Of a stretch of 64,000 nucleotides of DNA, positions 16,900-26,553 are shown piece by piece. The translations under genes were made by a program, and so were the position numbers. Source of the DNA: an uncultured bacterium (GTDB lineage Bacteria > Macinerneyibacteriota > Macinerneyibacteria > Macinerneyibacteriales > CAYRFE01). Below the pieces are notes generated by a model that saw nothing but the letters and a program-made list of their open reading frames with translations, did no database searches and was not told the origin of the DNA. Position 1 is the first letter of the stretch. Every line of letters starts with the position of its first letter. The stretch spans positions 20,085 through 84,084 of the forward strand of contig CAYRFE010000012.1 in NCBI GenBank assembly GCA_964423645.1, written 5' to 3'.

Positions 16900-19800
16900 T
16901 TAGTATGTCTGAAGTTGTTTTATTCTTTCTTGTGCAGTGCGTTCATAGACAGTTCCCTTTCCGGATATCTTTATCACATGACTGTATATTTCGATTGCTT
17001 TATCGTTATTACCCAATGCTTCATATGCTTTCCCTGCTTGGAAAAGTGAGGTGATCATCCATTGATACTCTTTTTCGTTATGCGTCTTGATATATTTTAC
17101 TTTTAAAAACTCACGTATTGCATTTTGATAATCTTCCATACCAAAATAACAATCCCCGATATGGTATTGTATCTCAAGTCTAAACGTTTCAGGAGCTTTT
17201 TCAGAGATATCAAATAGCAATTTCAGCGCTGAATTATACTGCCGTTCATCAATGAAAGTATAAATATTACTTAAATAGGCGTCATAAAAAAGAGAATGTC
17301 CGGCATGATTTTTTACGATAATTTCAAACATTGTATGTGCATCCGTAAATTTCCCTGCTTTTTTATATACAATTCCAAGACTATACGCGATTTCCGGTGA
17401 CGGCTTGATATCATATCCTCGCTTCATTACATCTGCTGCCTTTTCGTATTCCTCTTGTATAAAATATACATTTCCCAGTGACAATAATGCATCAGCTCTA
17501 ATATCTGACGCGGGATACTTTTCAAGAAGCTGTAAAAACGCTTTCTCAGCCTCACTGAATTTCTTTTCGGTAATCAGAATATTCGCCTGCACAAATAAAG
17601 CGTGTGGGTGCCATGGGCTTTGTTGGTAATCTTTCACTACGGTGTCGATATATGAACGTGCCCGCTTAACGTCTTTTGCGGTAAGGTAATAATACTGCGC
17701 GAAATAGTAGAATATTTCTGCCTTATACCCGTCTAAGGTCTTTCCGGATGCAGCGTAAAGTTGCTGTGCTTCACCTGCTTTTTGCAGCTTTAAGAGTGCG
17801 ATGATTCTTCGACTGCGGCTATATGCACCTTGGTCTGAAAAAAATGATTGTATCTTGTTCCATTCATTCCGCTCAACATAAAAATCATACAGCATTTTTC
17901 GTGCATCATCATTCTTCACACCTTGAAGCAATGGTTCCCCCTTAGAAAACTCTCCGATACGGATATAGTATAATCCTTTTAGCGTACGAATTTTTTCAGA
18001 ATCCTTACTGTCAAATCGCGCCAATTCAGATCGTAAAACATCAATTTTCCCAAGTTCAAAAAGTGACTCGGCATACGGTAACAGCACGTCATACTCCCGA
18101 TACAGATCGGGACGTCGTTTCAACACATTTGACGCATAGAATAATGAATCGGAATAATTCTTTTTTCTATTATATATACCCGCAAGGGTAATACTTGCTT
18201 TAATCCGCAAAGTAAATCGATTTTTCAACCGAGGTAACACTTGTAACGCAGCGGCATCATTCCCTGTATTCACAAGGGCTTCAGCATAATAAAAACCCGC
18301 CAGATCGTGTGCAATAAACGTTGATTCATTATACGCTTTTTCAAGATACACTTCAGCATTACCATAATTAGCACGAAAATATTCTTGTAGACCGAGAACA
18401 AATCCTTTACAAATTTCATCGGAAAACGTCTCGGGAAATTGCATATCAAGAATCTTTTTTTCTTGCCCCGAAGCGCTCAGATAAACGATGTATTGAACCA
18501 CAAAGTCAGTATCAAGAAGTAACGGAAACTGTGCAATAAAAAATTGATAGTCATCCGCAGTGCTGTTATCCGTAACATCCTGATATACTAAGTAATCCCT
18601 ATATATCCGTGAAAGCATTTCACGAGTTTCATCATTATTATGGGTACGAATAAAATCTTTTACCGCAGTTCGTGACACCGTAAGAGCGTTAAAAACACCT
18701 GCACGATAATATTTTTCATCCTTTATCCCGCGTCGTTCATAATAGGAAAAGGCTTTATCATATTGTTTCATCTCAGCATAAATATCGCCCATCCTCTCAT
18801 GAAGATTGACAATACCCGATTCGGCATCATATTCTTGCAAGAGTTTTTCAAGTCGATCCAAACCATCCTTTTTGTCGACTACGACATATTTTTGAAGAAA
18901 AAGTATCCGTTTACGGGCACTGTCAGCGTATTCAGATGCCTCATAGGTTGCGATAACTCTCTCATACGCACGAAATGCATCCGTAAATCGTTCGGCTTTT
19001 TCTGCATATAATCCGGAATAATACAATGCTTGGTCCCCATAGTTATCATCAAATGCAATTTCATTAAGTGTCGCGACAGCCTTATCGTAATCCTTAACGT
19101 CATCACCATAAATGCGTCCTGCAGTATAGACCATATACGAAACCAGAAGGTCTGAGGGATACGTTCGAATATAAAAAATTACCGTTTCTATTGCATCCTT
19201 AAATGCCCCTTCACTCCGTAAGTATTCAATCTTTTCTTGTATAAGCGATTGTGCCGATTCGGTTTTTGAATACTTTTTATAATGTTCAAAAAGTGCGTCA
19301 TATAGTGATGACACCTTCACAACATTCTTCTTGCTCTTATAATACTCCAATGCATCCCCAACAACCGCCTCAAAATACGGCGACCCCGCATACGTTGTGA
19401 AAAAATATTCTCGTTGTTGTACTGCATCATCGATTTTTTTCATTGCAATCAATACATCAATTTTTCTCTTAACAGCTTCAGCTGCTTCAAGTGCGTTTGG
19501 ATTAATGGCAATTATTTGATTATACAACTGAAGTGCCCGATCAAGCTGTTGGGCTGAGCGGGCGAGTTCTGCTTTTCGATGTAATGCTTTTAACGCATAA
19601 ACAGATTGAGGAAATCGAGCAATTAATTTATCAAATGCATTTTGTGCATCGGTGTTTTTCCCCAAATTATATGCAGTATCTCCGGAATACCATAAGTATT
19701 CACCATTTTCGAAATCCTCGGCAGTTAAGCGCGACAGATAAAACGAAGCTTTGGTAAATTCATTTTGGTCATAATGTATATAAATTAATCTTTTATATAT

Positions 19801-20316
19801 TCGTTTCAGCTGTGCGTTATCTGAAGACGACGATAACGCTTTTTGTAACATGGAGAAATATCCTTTTGGGTCACCGTTTTCACGAATAATATCAGCTAAA
19901 AGTAATACTGCGTCGGTATAGAAAAGACTATCTTTATATGAGCCTTCGATTCTACGAAGAATTGTTTCGGCATTTTTTGTAACTTTTTCCTGATAAAATG
20001 CATGAGCACTGGCATACAATACATCACCGATAAAAGTGCTGTCAGGATATCTCGTCATAAAACGTTCACTTTCAGCAATAACACGTTTATACGACTGAGT
20101 GTAATGTAAGCTTAATATATAGCGATATATAGCTTTTTCAACGCGTCTGTCATGAGGATTATCATCAATAAAACGTTTATATTCATCTAAAGACAAATCA
20201 TAATACTTATCATTAAATAACTTTTCCGCATAATCAAATCCGGAAAATGCACGTACAGTGTGACCCAATACACAAAATACCACGCAAACAATTAAGCTAG
20301 TTACTATTTTTTTCAT
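16900..20316 (-). CDS. Secreted tetratricopeptide-repeat protein (approx. 1138 aa)
   Basis: Repetitive TPR-like helical sequence throughout. Start set to the Met of MKKIVTSLIVCVVFCVLG (signal peptide), which has a GGAGG SD. The track start at 20460 adds 48 non-signal residues. Confidence 0.75.
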   Translation of the reverse strand: MKKIVTSLIVCVVFCVLGHTVRAFSGFDYAEKLFNDKYYDLSLDEYKRFIDDNPHDRRVEKAIYRYILSLHYTQSYKRVIAESERFMTRYPDSTFIGDVLYASAHAFYQEKVTKNAETILRRIEGSYKDSLFYTDAVLLLADIIRENGDPKGYFSMLQKALSSSSDNAQLKRIYKRLIYIHYDQNEFTKASFYLSRLTAEDFENGEYLWYSGDTAYNLGKNTDAQNAFDKLIARFPQSVYALKALHRKAELARSAQQLDRALQLYNQIIAINPNALEAAEAVKRKIDVLIAMKKIDDAVQQREYFFTTYAGSPYFEAVVGDALEYYKSKKNVVKVSSLYDALFEHYKKYSKTESAQSLIQEKIEYLRSEGAFKDAIETVIFYIRTYPSDLLVSYMVYTAGRIYGDDVKDYDKAVATLNEIAFDDNYGDQALYYSGLYAEKAERFTDAFRAYERVIATYEASEYADSARKRILFLQKYVVVDKKDGLDRLEKLLQEYDAESGIVNLHERMGDIYAEMKQYDKAFSYYERRGIKDEKYYRAGVFNALTVSRTAVKDFIRTHNNDETREMLSRIYRDYLVYQDVTDNSTADDYQFFIAQFPLLLDTDFVVQYIVYLSASGQEKKILDMQFPETFSDEICKGFVLGLQEYFRANYGNAEVYLEKAYNESTFIAHDLAGFYYAEALVNTGNDAAALQVLPRLKNRFTLRIKASITLAGIYNRKKNYSDSLFYASNVLKRRPDLYREYDVLLPYAESLFELGKIDVLRSELARFDSKDSEKIRTLKGLYYIRIGEFSKGEPLLQGVKNDDARKMLYDFYVERNEWNKIQSFFSDQGAYSRSRRIIALLKLQKAGEAQQLYAASGKTLDGYKAEIFYYFAQYYYLTAKDVKRARSYIDTVVKDYQQSPWHPHALFVQANILITEKKFSEAEKAFLQLLEKYPASDIRADALLSLGNVYFIQEEYEKAADVMKRGYDIKPSPEIAYSLGIVYKKAGKFTDAHTMFEIIVKNHAGHSLFYDAYLSNIYTFIDERQYNSALKLLFDISEKAPETFRLEIQYHIGDCYFGMEDYQNAIREFLKVKYIKTHNEKEYQWMITSLFQAGKAYEALGNNDKAIEIYSHVIKISGKGTVYERTAQERIKQLQTY

Positions 20317-21172
20317 CGGAAACCTCCTTCGACTTAGTCGAGAACGATATACATGAAACCGGACATGCGGGGATACAATCCAAACACCGTATGCATGCAG
20401 ATGAATCCGGTGTTTTGTACACTTCGATATCCATTGGGCATACCTTTTTACATCTATCACATGATATGCAAATAGTTTTATCTACATTCATACGAAATAA
20501 ACTGATTGTATTGAAAAGTCCCAAAACTAATCCCAATGGGCAAATATAACGACAAAATGGTCGAACAATGAAAATACTTGCTGCCAAGATAATAAGAAGG
20601 ATTGTGATTTTACTCGCGTACAACCACCCGAGTTGATAGTCATTGAAAAAAGGTAACCACAACCCGCCCTGAAACATTCCTTGAGGGCATATGTATTTGC
20701 AAAATGTGGGGTTTTTTGTTAATAACGGCAGAATAACAGTAAAAATACCAAGCAATAGCCAAGGAATATAGTAGAAAAATCGAGATGGATTGTATTTTTT
20801 TCGAATAATACGCGCTAATACGTCTTGCACAAGACCGAATGGACACATATGACCACACACCCATCGACCGGAAATACTGCCTATTACCATAAGCGTACCG
20901 GCGACAATGAGCGAGAAATTATATTTAAAATATGCAATCATATGCTGTAATGTTCCTATCGGACATGACATGACCGCACCCGGACATGAGTAACAATTCA
21001 ACACCGGCACACATATTTTTTTAAGTGTTCCTTGATAAATCGTCCCTGAATAAAATCCTTTCATATATGGATTTATGAGAATCGAAAAAAGAAATTGATG
21101 AATCATTCTTTTTTTCAAAAAGAGAAAAACGGCTCTCATGATGTCTATCCTATTCCGATACAACTGAGACAT
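20297..21172 (-). CDS. NapH/MauN-like membrane polyferredoxin (4Fe-4S binding protein)
   Basis: Membrane-embedded CxxCP motifs (CGHMCPFG, CKYICPQG, CRYICPLG) plus C-terminal 2x[4Fe-4S] ferredoxin motifs (CISCDRCKKVCP, CIRCLDCIPACP). Start uncertain. Confidence 0.7.
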   Translation of the reverse strand: MSQLYRNRIDIMRAVFLFLKKRMIHQFLFSILINPYMKGFYSGTIYQGTLKKICVPVLNCYSCPGAVMSCPIGTLQHMIAYFKYNFSLIVAGTLMVIGSISGRWVCGHMCPFGLVQDVLARIIRKKYNPSRFFYYIPWLLLGIFTVILPLLTKNPTFCKYICPQGMFQGGLWLPFFNDYQLGWLYASKITILLIILAASIFIVRPFCRYICPLGLVLGLFNTISLFRMNVDKTICISCDRCKKVCPMDIEVYKTPDSSACIRCLDCIPACPVSCISFSTKSKEVSDEKNSN

Positions 21173-21277
21173 ATATATATTGCGTTATTAAGAATTTGCA
21201 CGGTCTCTTTGAAGTAAACACCAAGGATGATCATGACGATACCGACAAGCATAACAATGAATGCATTAATGCGTCGT

Positions 21278-22510
21278 TTATTCACCGCATATCCCCTTAA
21301 CAACAGCAATCGAATCACGTGCTTGCGCGATATCATGAACACGTAAAATATTTGCACCATTCATAAGTGCTATGGTATGAGCACTGACAGTAGCCGCAAG
21401 TCGATCTGAAGGATTTTTTTTATTTGTGATAAGGCCTAAAAATGATTTCCTCGAAAGCCCCATTACAAGAGGAAATCCAATTGATGAAAATTCTCGGAGC
21501 CGACGGATTATTGTCGTATTATCGATAAGTCTTTTCCCAAAACCTATGCCGGGATCAAGCGCAATCGAGGCATGAATGATTCCTTCTTGTAACGCATAAC
21601 TCGTTCGGTCTAAAAAATAAGAAAATATTTCCTGGATCACATCATCGTAATATGGATCTTTCTGCATTTCTTGTGGTGTCCCTTTACTGTGCATGAGTAC
21701 AATTCCTGCTTGATGGCGCGCTATAACTGCTCCCATTGCCGCATCAAAGCGCAATCCCGAAATATCATTGATACAGTCGGCTCCTTCTTTGAGCATGGTA
21801 TCGGCAATTCTACTTTTATACGTATCAATTGAAACCGGTATCGCGGGGGCTATCTTTTTTACACACGAAAAAGCGGGAAGAATTCGTTTAAGTTCTTCAG
21901 CTTCACCAACCGGATCACTACCGGGACGCGTAGATTCCGCACCTATGTCAATTATATCTACGCCTTCTTCAATCATATCGGTTACACGTTTTTCGATAGT
22001 TGACACATTCGTATACGCCCCGCCGTCATAAAATGAATCAGGGGTAACATTTAATATGCCCATAATTTTCGGCACGGTCAGATCAATATATTTAGTACCG
22101 CATTGCCATAAATGAGGACGAGAAAGCACGTCTTTAATATCACTACACAATGTTTTGAGGGAAAACGGTTGATGTTGTAAACGTGATGATAATTTTTCAA
22201 TGTGTCGTTTTGTGATCAGTAAAATAACATCAGTTCTATCAGGTTTTCCGCTTATCGCACTGCGTGGAACAACGGCATCGGCACCGATCGATAGTAATTC
22301 TTGCTTCAAAATATTGGCGGCTTCGATCCTAATATCACTGAGCTTCACGCAGAGAATATCTTTCTTGTTCATAAAAACTTTTTCCGCATAAGGATCGATC
22401 CCAATTTTATGAATTTCATTACACCAATCGGATTGATTGGGATATAGTAATCGAATTTTCGAATGAATAGTCATTATCCTTTTAATTCCTTTTGACGCAT
22501 ACGATACCAT
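21278..22510 (-). CDS. folP: Dihydropteroate synthase (FolP) with an approx. 130-aa N-terminal extension
   Basis: Pterin-binding domain (GILNVTPDSFYDGG…, DIGAESTRPG, ALDPGIGFGK) in the C-terminal 270 aa. N-terminal extension has no recognisable motif. Alternative start at 22474 (MTIHSK…) would abut the upstream gene exactly. Confidence 0.8.
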   Translation of the reverse strand: MVSYASKGIKRIMTIHSKIRLLYPNQSDWCNEIHKIGIDPYAEKVFMNKKDILCVKLSDIRIEAANILKQELLSIGADAVVPRSAISGKPDRTDVILLITKRHIEKLSSRLQHQPFSLKTLCSDIKDVLSRPHLWQCGTKYIDLTVPKIMGILNVTPDSFYDGGAYTNVSTIEKRVTDMIEEGVDIIDIGAESTRPGSDPVGEAEELKRILPAFSCVKKIAPAIPVSIDTYKSRIADTMLKEGADCINDISGLRFDAAMGAVIARHQAGIVLMHSKGTPQEMQKDPYYDDVIQEIFSYFLDRTSYALQEGIIHASIALDPGIGFGKRLIDNTTIIRRLREFSSIGFPLVMGLSRKSFLGLITNKKNPSDRLAATVSAHTIALMNGANILRVHDIAQARDSIAVVKGICGE

Positions 22511-22800
22511 TCCAGCCTTTTTTTCAATTTTCCATAGACGATTGTTCGTTCATTATCCGGTAAATGCCTGTATTTCTCCTCACATCTGTTATATCTCATT
22601 TCAAGCTTTGCTATTATTTCGGACAATTCTTGCTCGTTGTATACCCCTTCATCAACGACAAAGTTTTTTTTCCGTATGCGAGGGAAATTGCGTTGAGCAT
22701 ATTTCTTTCGCGTGAGTAAAATCCACGCAAGAGTCATTACAAATAATAACATCGGCACTATAAGCGCTGCCGCACGTTCCCATGTTGCTATGTTCTTCAT
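22474..22800 (-). CDS. Small single-pass membrane protein, hypothetical
   Basis: 108 aa. One TM (LIVPMLLFVMTLAWILL), basic and coiled C-terminus. Confidence 0.45.
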   Translation of the reverse strand: MKNIATWERAAALIVPMLLFVMTLAWILLTRKKYAQRNFPRIRKKNFVVDEGVYNEQELSEIIAKLEMRYNRCEEKYRHLPDNERTIVYGKLKKRLEWYRMRQKELKG

Positions 22801-22945
22801 AGTTGACGTATTGTATAAGTTATGAAGAATGATGTCAACAGTATTACGACTTTTGAATGGTGTTTTTTTACATTATTCTCATATTTTTTCACTGTGTTCC
22901 CGTAATAGATTGAAAAGATGCGCTTGAACTGATGTATACATGCTG

Positions 22946-24742
22946 TCATTCCATGCATACATACACCTTTTCTTTCCCAAAAACAGGCACAACTGTTGAT
23001 AAAAACAGATGTGTCACAGTATCGCGAAATTCCGAAGAATATCGATACATACCCTCATGAAAATGTAAATTTGCAGTGATTACCGCTTTCTGAGGATCGC
23101 GTGAAATAGCACGATAAGTATCACGATTCATCCGTAAAAATCCAAGAGAAATATACAAAACACGCGAGGAATCAATTTCACGAACAATCCGCTCAAAAAG
23201 GTTCGTATAATCATCAACGCACCCTTCGTAAAAAATAACCGGATCAACATGCACGGACACTTGATAACCCCATTGCACAACATCTTTAATCGCATAAAAA
23301 CGCATATCAAGCGTTGCGGTCCCCTTTTCATGAAGCGATATAACATGTTGCGGAGACAACGTCCATGCAGGCACTACCGTATGATGATTGTTAATTGTTC
23401 GCAGGTGCAAATAATTTTGTGACTTTGTGCGAAACTCACATCGAATTCGGGGGTATTGAATTAAATGCTCTGATACGAACTCACTCATTTTGGTGATTGT
23501 ATCAAATGTAAGTGCATCACAAAAATCTCCGAAATAGATAATAATAGGTTGCGAATGCAAGGATGTATAAAGGGTAATTATTTGTGAGACAATCGCCTCT
23601 TTGTTTTCGAACAATACAATATCATCACTTCTGAAAAAACCTTGTAAATAACAATACGAACAATCAAACATACAATTGTATGCATTTACCGCAGAATAAT
23701 GATGAATTGATTTTGCCCCGTACCCTTCAGGTTTTTTTTTCACACAGAGCCCTTTTTTTTGAGCGATAAAGATATTTCGAATTCCGTATTGTGTCTTATT
23801 CATAAAATAATGCAAATAATTTGTAATTGAAACAGGTTTTAAAAAAGAGAATCGTTCGTGGTACTGCGAGACGGAGAAATCTTCTTCAACCAACAGATAC
23901 CCGTTATTTTTTTGTGATGAAGTTCTCAGTGAAATTTTCTGATTATTCTCGAATGAAAACAAATTTTGTCGTATCTGGGAATATATTTTTTGTCGACTTG
24001 AAAATGAAGAATGATGATGTACAAAATATTGAGACAACTGCAAGACAATATCATTCGCTTCAAAATCAAATTCAAGGGCCATGTATATTTCAAGCGACCA
24101 TGGTACGGTAAATATTTTTTCCCATTCTTCACGATGTTCAAGAAAATACTCGGCGAATCCTTTTGTGATGCGAGTGTCAATGCTTGCACGAACATTTTCA
24201 TTATAATCACTCACTTGTTTGATTAAAAGCACAGGAACAGAATTACGGTCGCCCCATTGACAGATAAAATACCCCTCCATGTCGATCAAAGTACCAAAAT
24301 ATTTCCATGCATCACAATTTCCTTCTGTAACGACCGGAACCGTGATAAGCGGTTGTGAATTCTTCATCTTTAGTCTGCACTGCTTTGGTGCTTGAAACGT
24401 TCGATTTGTATGCAAGTCATGATAAATGACCGATGAGACCGGGAAAATATTCCCAACCGAAAGCGAAACATCAAGTGATCCGGCGATACCCATATTAACA
24501 ATCGCAATAAATTCATACGTCGCCTGTAATGTATACAACGAATGAAGAAGCGCAAAAAAACCATCACCATTATTTGAATAAATATACCAGTCGCATAAAT
24601 CTGACGAATACTTCCAAAGACGTTTCGATTTTATGATTTGAAACGGCAGCTCAAGAAAATATTTCATTTCAAATGCATGCTCAAAGACCAACAATACTTT
24701 TGGAGTCTGTAAAATAGCAACGTCTTTCGTAGTGTGTGACAT
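22946..24742 (-). CDS. Fusion protein: N-terminal PNP/MTAN-superfamily nucleosidase-like domain + C-terminal SPL-type radical SAM domain
   Basis: N-term: GIAGS and LIDMEGYF (the EMEG-type motif of MTA/SAH nucleosidase / futalosine hydrolase). C-term: CMFDCSYCYLQ = CxxxCxxC with the CxYCY signature of the spore-photoproduct-lyase-like radical SAM family. 598 aa. 1-nt overlap with the upstream Wzy-like gene. Confidence 0.65.
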   Translation of the reverse strand: MSHTTKDVAILQTPKVLLVFEHAFEMKYFLELPFQIIKSKRLWKYSSDLCDWYIYSNNGDGFFALLHSLYTLQATYEFIAIVNMGIAGSLDVSLSVGNIFPVSSVIYHDLHTNRTFQAPKQCRLKMKNSQPLITVPVVTEGNCDAWKYFGTLIDMEGYFICQWGDRNSVPVLLIKQVSDYNENVRASIDTRITKGFAEYFLEHREEWEKIFTVPWSLEIYMALEFDFEANDIVLQLSQYFVHHHSSFSSRQKIYSQIRQNLFSFENNQKISLRTSSQKNNGYLLVEEDFSVSQYHERFSFLKPVSITNYLHYFMNKTQYGIRNIFIAQKKGLCVKKKPEGYGAKSIHHYSAVNAYNCMFDCSYCYLQGFFRSDDIVLFENKEAIVSQIITLYTSLHSQPIIIYFGDFCDALTFDTITKMSEFVSEHLIQYPRIRCEFRTKSQNYLHLRTINNHHTVVPAWTLSPQHVISLHEKGTATLDMRFYAIKDVVQWGYQVSVHVDPVIFYEGCVDDYTNLFERIVREIDSSRVLYISLGFLRMNRDTYRAISRDPQKAVITANLHFHEGMYRYSSEFRDTVTHLFLSTVVPVFGKEKVYVCME

Positions 24743-26553
24743 TATTCAACAGCAATAATAAAACGTTCGTATGCACTAACCGTTTTTTCTTTTGAATATC
24801 TGCTTATTTCACGCATTCTTTGAGCGTGTGTTAATTTTTCTTCTTTATCGGTTGAGTGAGTCTCGATAAATGCGTGCACACGATAAAATTCCGGTTCAAT
24901 GAGTAATATTTCTTGTGCTTTTTTCATCGCAGCGGGAATATTACCTTCGCTTTCAAGAACGTTCATCATAAAGTAATGATAGCGCACATTGAAAGGCCAG
25001 TCTTTCAGTATGGTTTCAAGTTCAACATGTAAACGCATACGTATCTCAGGTTCCATAAGCTGTATCTCTTTTGCTTTGGTATTTTTTAAACGTGTTAAAA
25101 AATCAAAATAATGGAGAGATAATCGAAAACGAACATCACTGTCCATCGGCATTAATTTCTTATGCTTCGCATAATAGCGCTCAATCGCTGCGTAACGACC
25201 GTTCTGAGGAAAAGGCAATGTTGTTTGTGTTAAAAAATTCGTATATTGCTCAACATAAAAGGGATCATACGGTGTCAGCCGATGAGCATAGCGTAACAAT
25301 TGATACACTTTCATTTGATCTTTTTCCTTCGTCGATCGCAGGTATAACGAATACGACAATATATGCAACGTACATACGTATGTTATAATAAAAAATATGA
25401 TATTGGTATAGTATGGTTTAAAACGATAGTACCATGCATGATCATGTGTTCCAAAACTAATCAACACTGCAAAAAGCAATACAATCGAAAAACTTTTTTC
25501 GATATTATTGAATAATCCGGCGATCATAAAAAACGCGATAGGCAATCCATACATTCGTTTCTTGAGTGAGAAAAATAATCCGCTGAATAATAAAAAAGAT
25601 CCTATAATACCCATTACCAGCAATCCTTCAAGATATGTGCTATGGGACATTCGAGGTGTTTTCGCAAATCGTGAATATTCGGTTTGTTCACCTTCAAAAT
25701 ATTTTTGTAATGTGACTTCTACTGTGCCGGGGCCAAATCCGATAAACGGATGTACCGTAAACATTCTGTATGCTGCATTATAAATTGAAACACGGGAGTA
25801 TGCGAAAGGATCTTTTTTATCCTTTGTATACCGTTGGTATATTAATCCCGACAAAAGCAATACGGCTGACACTGCAGCAAGAATAAAATAACGTCGATCT
25901 ATTAATTTCTTTTTATATATTAAATATGCCAAAAAAAATATGAGTATAACAATAGTCGTTCGAGAAAGAGTAAAATACAACCCGCTCACAACAAGAATTG
26001 TTGCACTTAAAAATATGATACTGTTTTTTTGAAAAATATTCTTTTCAAATACAAGAAAATAAAATGCCACAAGAAGCCACAATGCCACCCAATTGGGATT
26101 CACAAATGTCGATGCAGGACGCGGTATACGATATGCCATAAATTGAATTATAATAATAATACAGTGCACAATTGAAAACAGCAACAATATACTTATAAAA
26201 TATTTTTGGTTAAATGTTATGTTTTTTATAATTATCATTGATACTATAGTGAATGCGAACATGATGACGTGGCTATTAATCGCATTATTATGATATGCGA
26301 CAACAATTACACTTAAAACCGCCGCACATATCAGTAAATCAGATATCTGTAAGGTGATTCGCTTACGAAGAATAACATATAATGCCGATAAAATCGGAAT
26401 AATGGAAATAACATACTCATTTTCGCCGCCTTGGAAAAATGTCGATAACATGACAATAATTACAAATACATACTCTGCGATTCTATATACCGGAAGTGAT
26501 TTGATATATCTGATAGCACTATTTATCATTATATCTGTATTCCTCAAGTTCAA
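24742..26553 (-). CDS. O-antigen ligase (Wzy_C)-like polytopic membrane protein with C-terminal soluble helical (TPR-like) domain
   Basis: At least 10 TM segments. Wzy_C-type periplasmic loop (YSRVSIYNAAYRMFTVHPFIGFGPGT). Approx. 200-aa hydrophilic helical C-terminal domain. 603 aa. Confidence 0.7.
   Translation of the reverse strand: MNLRNTDIMINSAIRYIKSLPVYRIAEYVFVIIVMLSTFFQGGENEYVISIIPILSALYVILRKRITLQISDLLICAAVLSVIVVAYHNNAINSHVIMFAFTIVSMIIIKNITFNQKYFISILLLFSIVHCIIIIIQFMAYRIPRPASTFVNPNWVALWLLVAFYFLVFEKNIFQKNSIIFLSATILVVSGLYFTLSRTTIVILIFFLAYLIYKKKLIDRRYFILAAVSAVLLLSGLIYQRYTKDKKDPFAYSRVSIYNAAYRMFTVHPFIGFGPGTVEVTLQKYFEGEQTEYSRFAKTPRMSHSTYLEGLLVMGIIGSFLLFSGLFFSLKKRMYGLPIAFFMIAGLFNNIEKSFSIVLLFAVLISFGTHDHAWYYRFKPYYTNIIFFIITYVCTLHILSYSLYLRSTKEKDQMKVYQLLRYAHRLTPYDPFYVEQYTNFLTQTTLPFPQNGRYAAIERYYAKHKKLMPMDSDVRFRLSLHYFDFLTRLKNTKAKEIQLMEPEIRMRLHVELETILKDWPFNVRYHYFMMNVLESEGNIPAAMKKAQEILLIEPEFYRVHAFIETHSTDKEEKLTHAQRMREISRYSKEKTVSAYERFIIAVE

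Noticed and set aside
20317-20460. 48-codon N-terminal extension of the TPR protein ORF
   Set aside because: A signal peptide starts at the internal Met with a GGAGG SD. The extension is basic, non-hydrophobic and overlaps the upstream gene.
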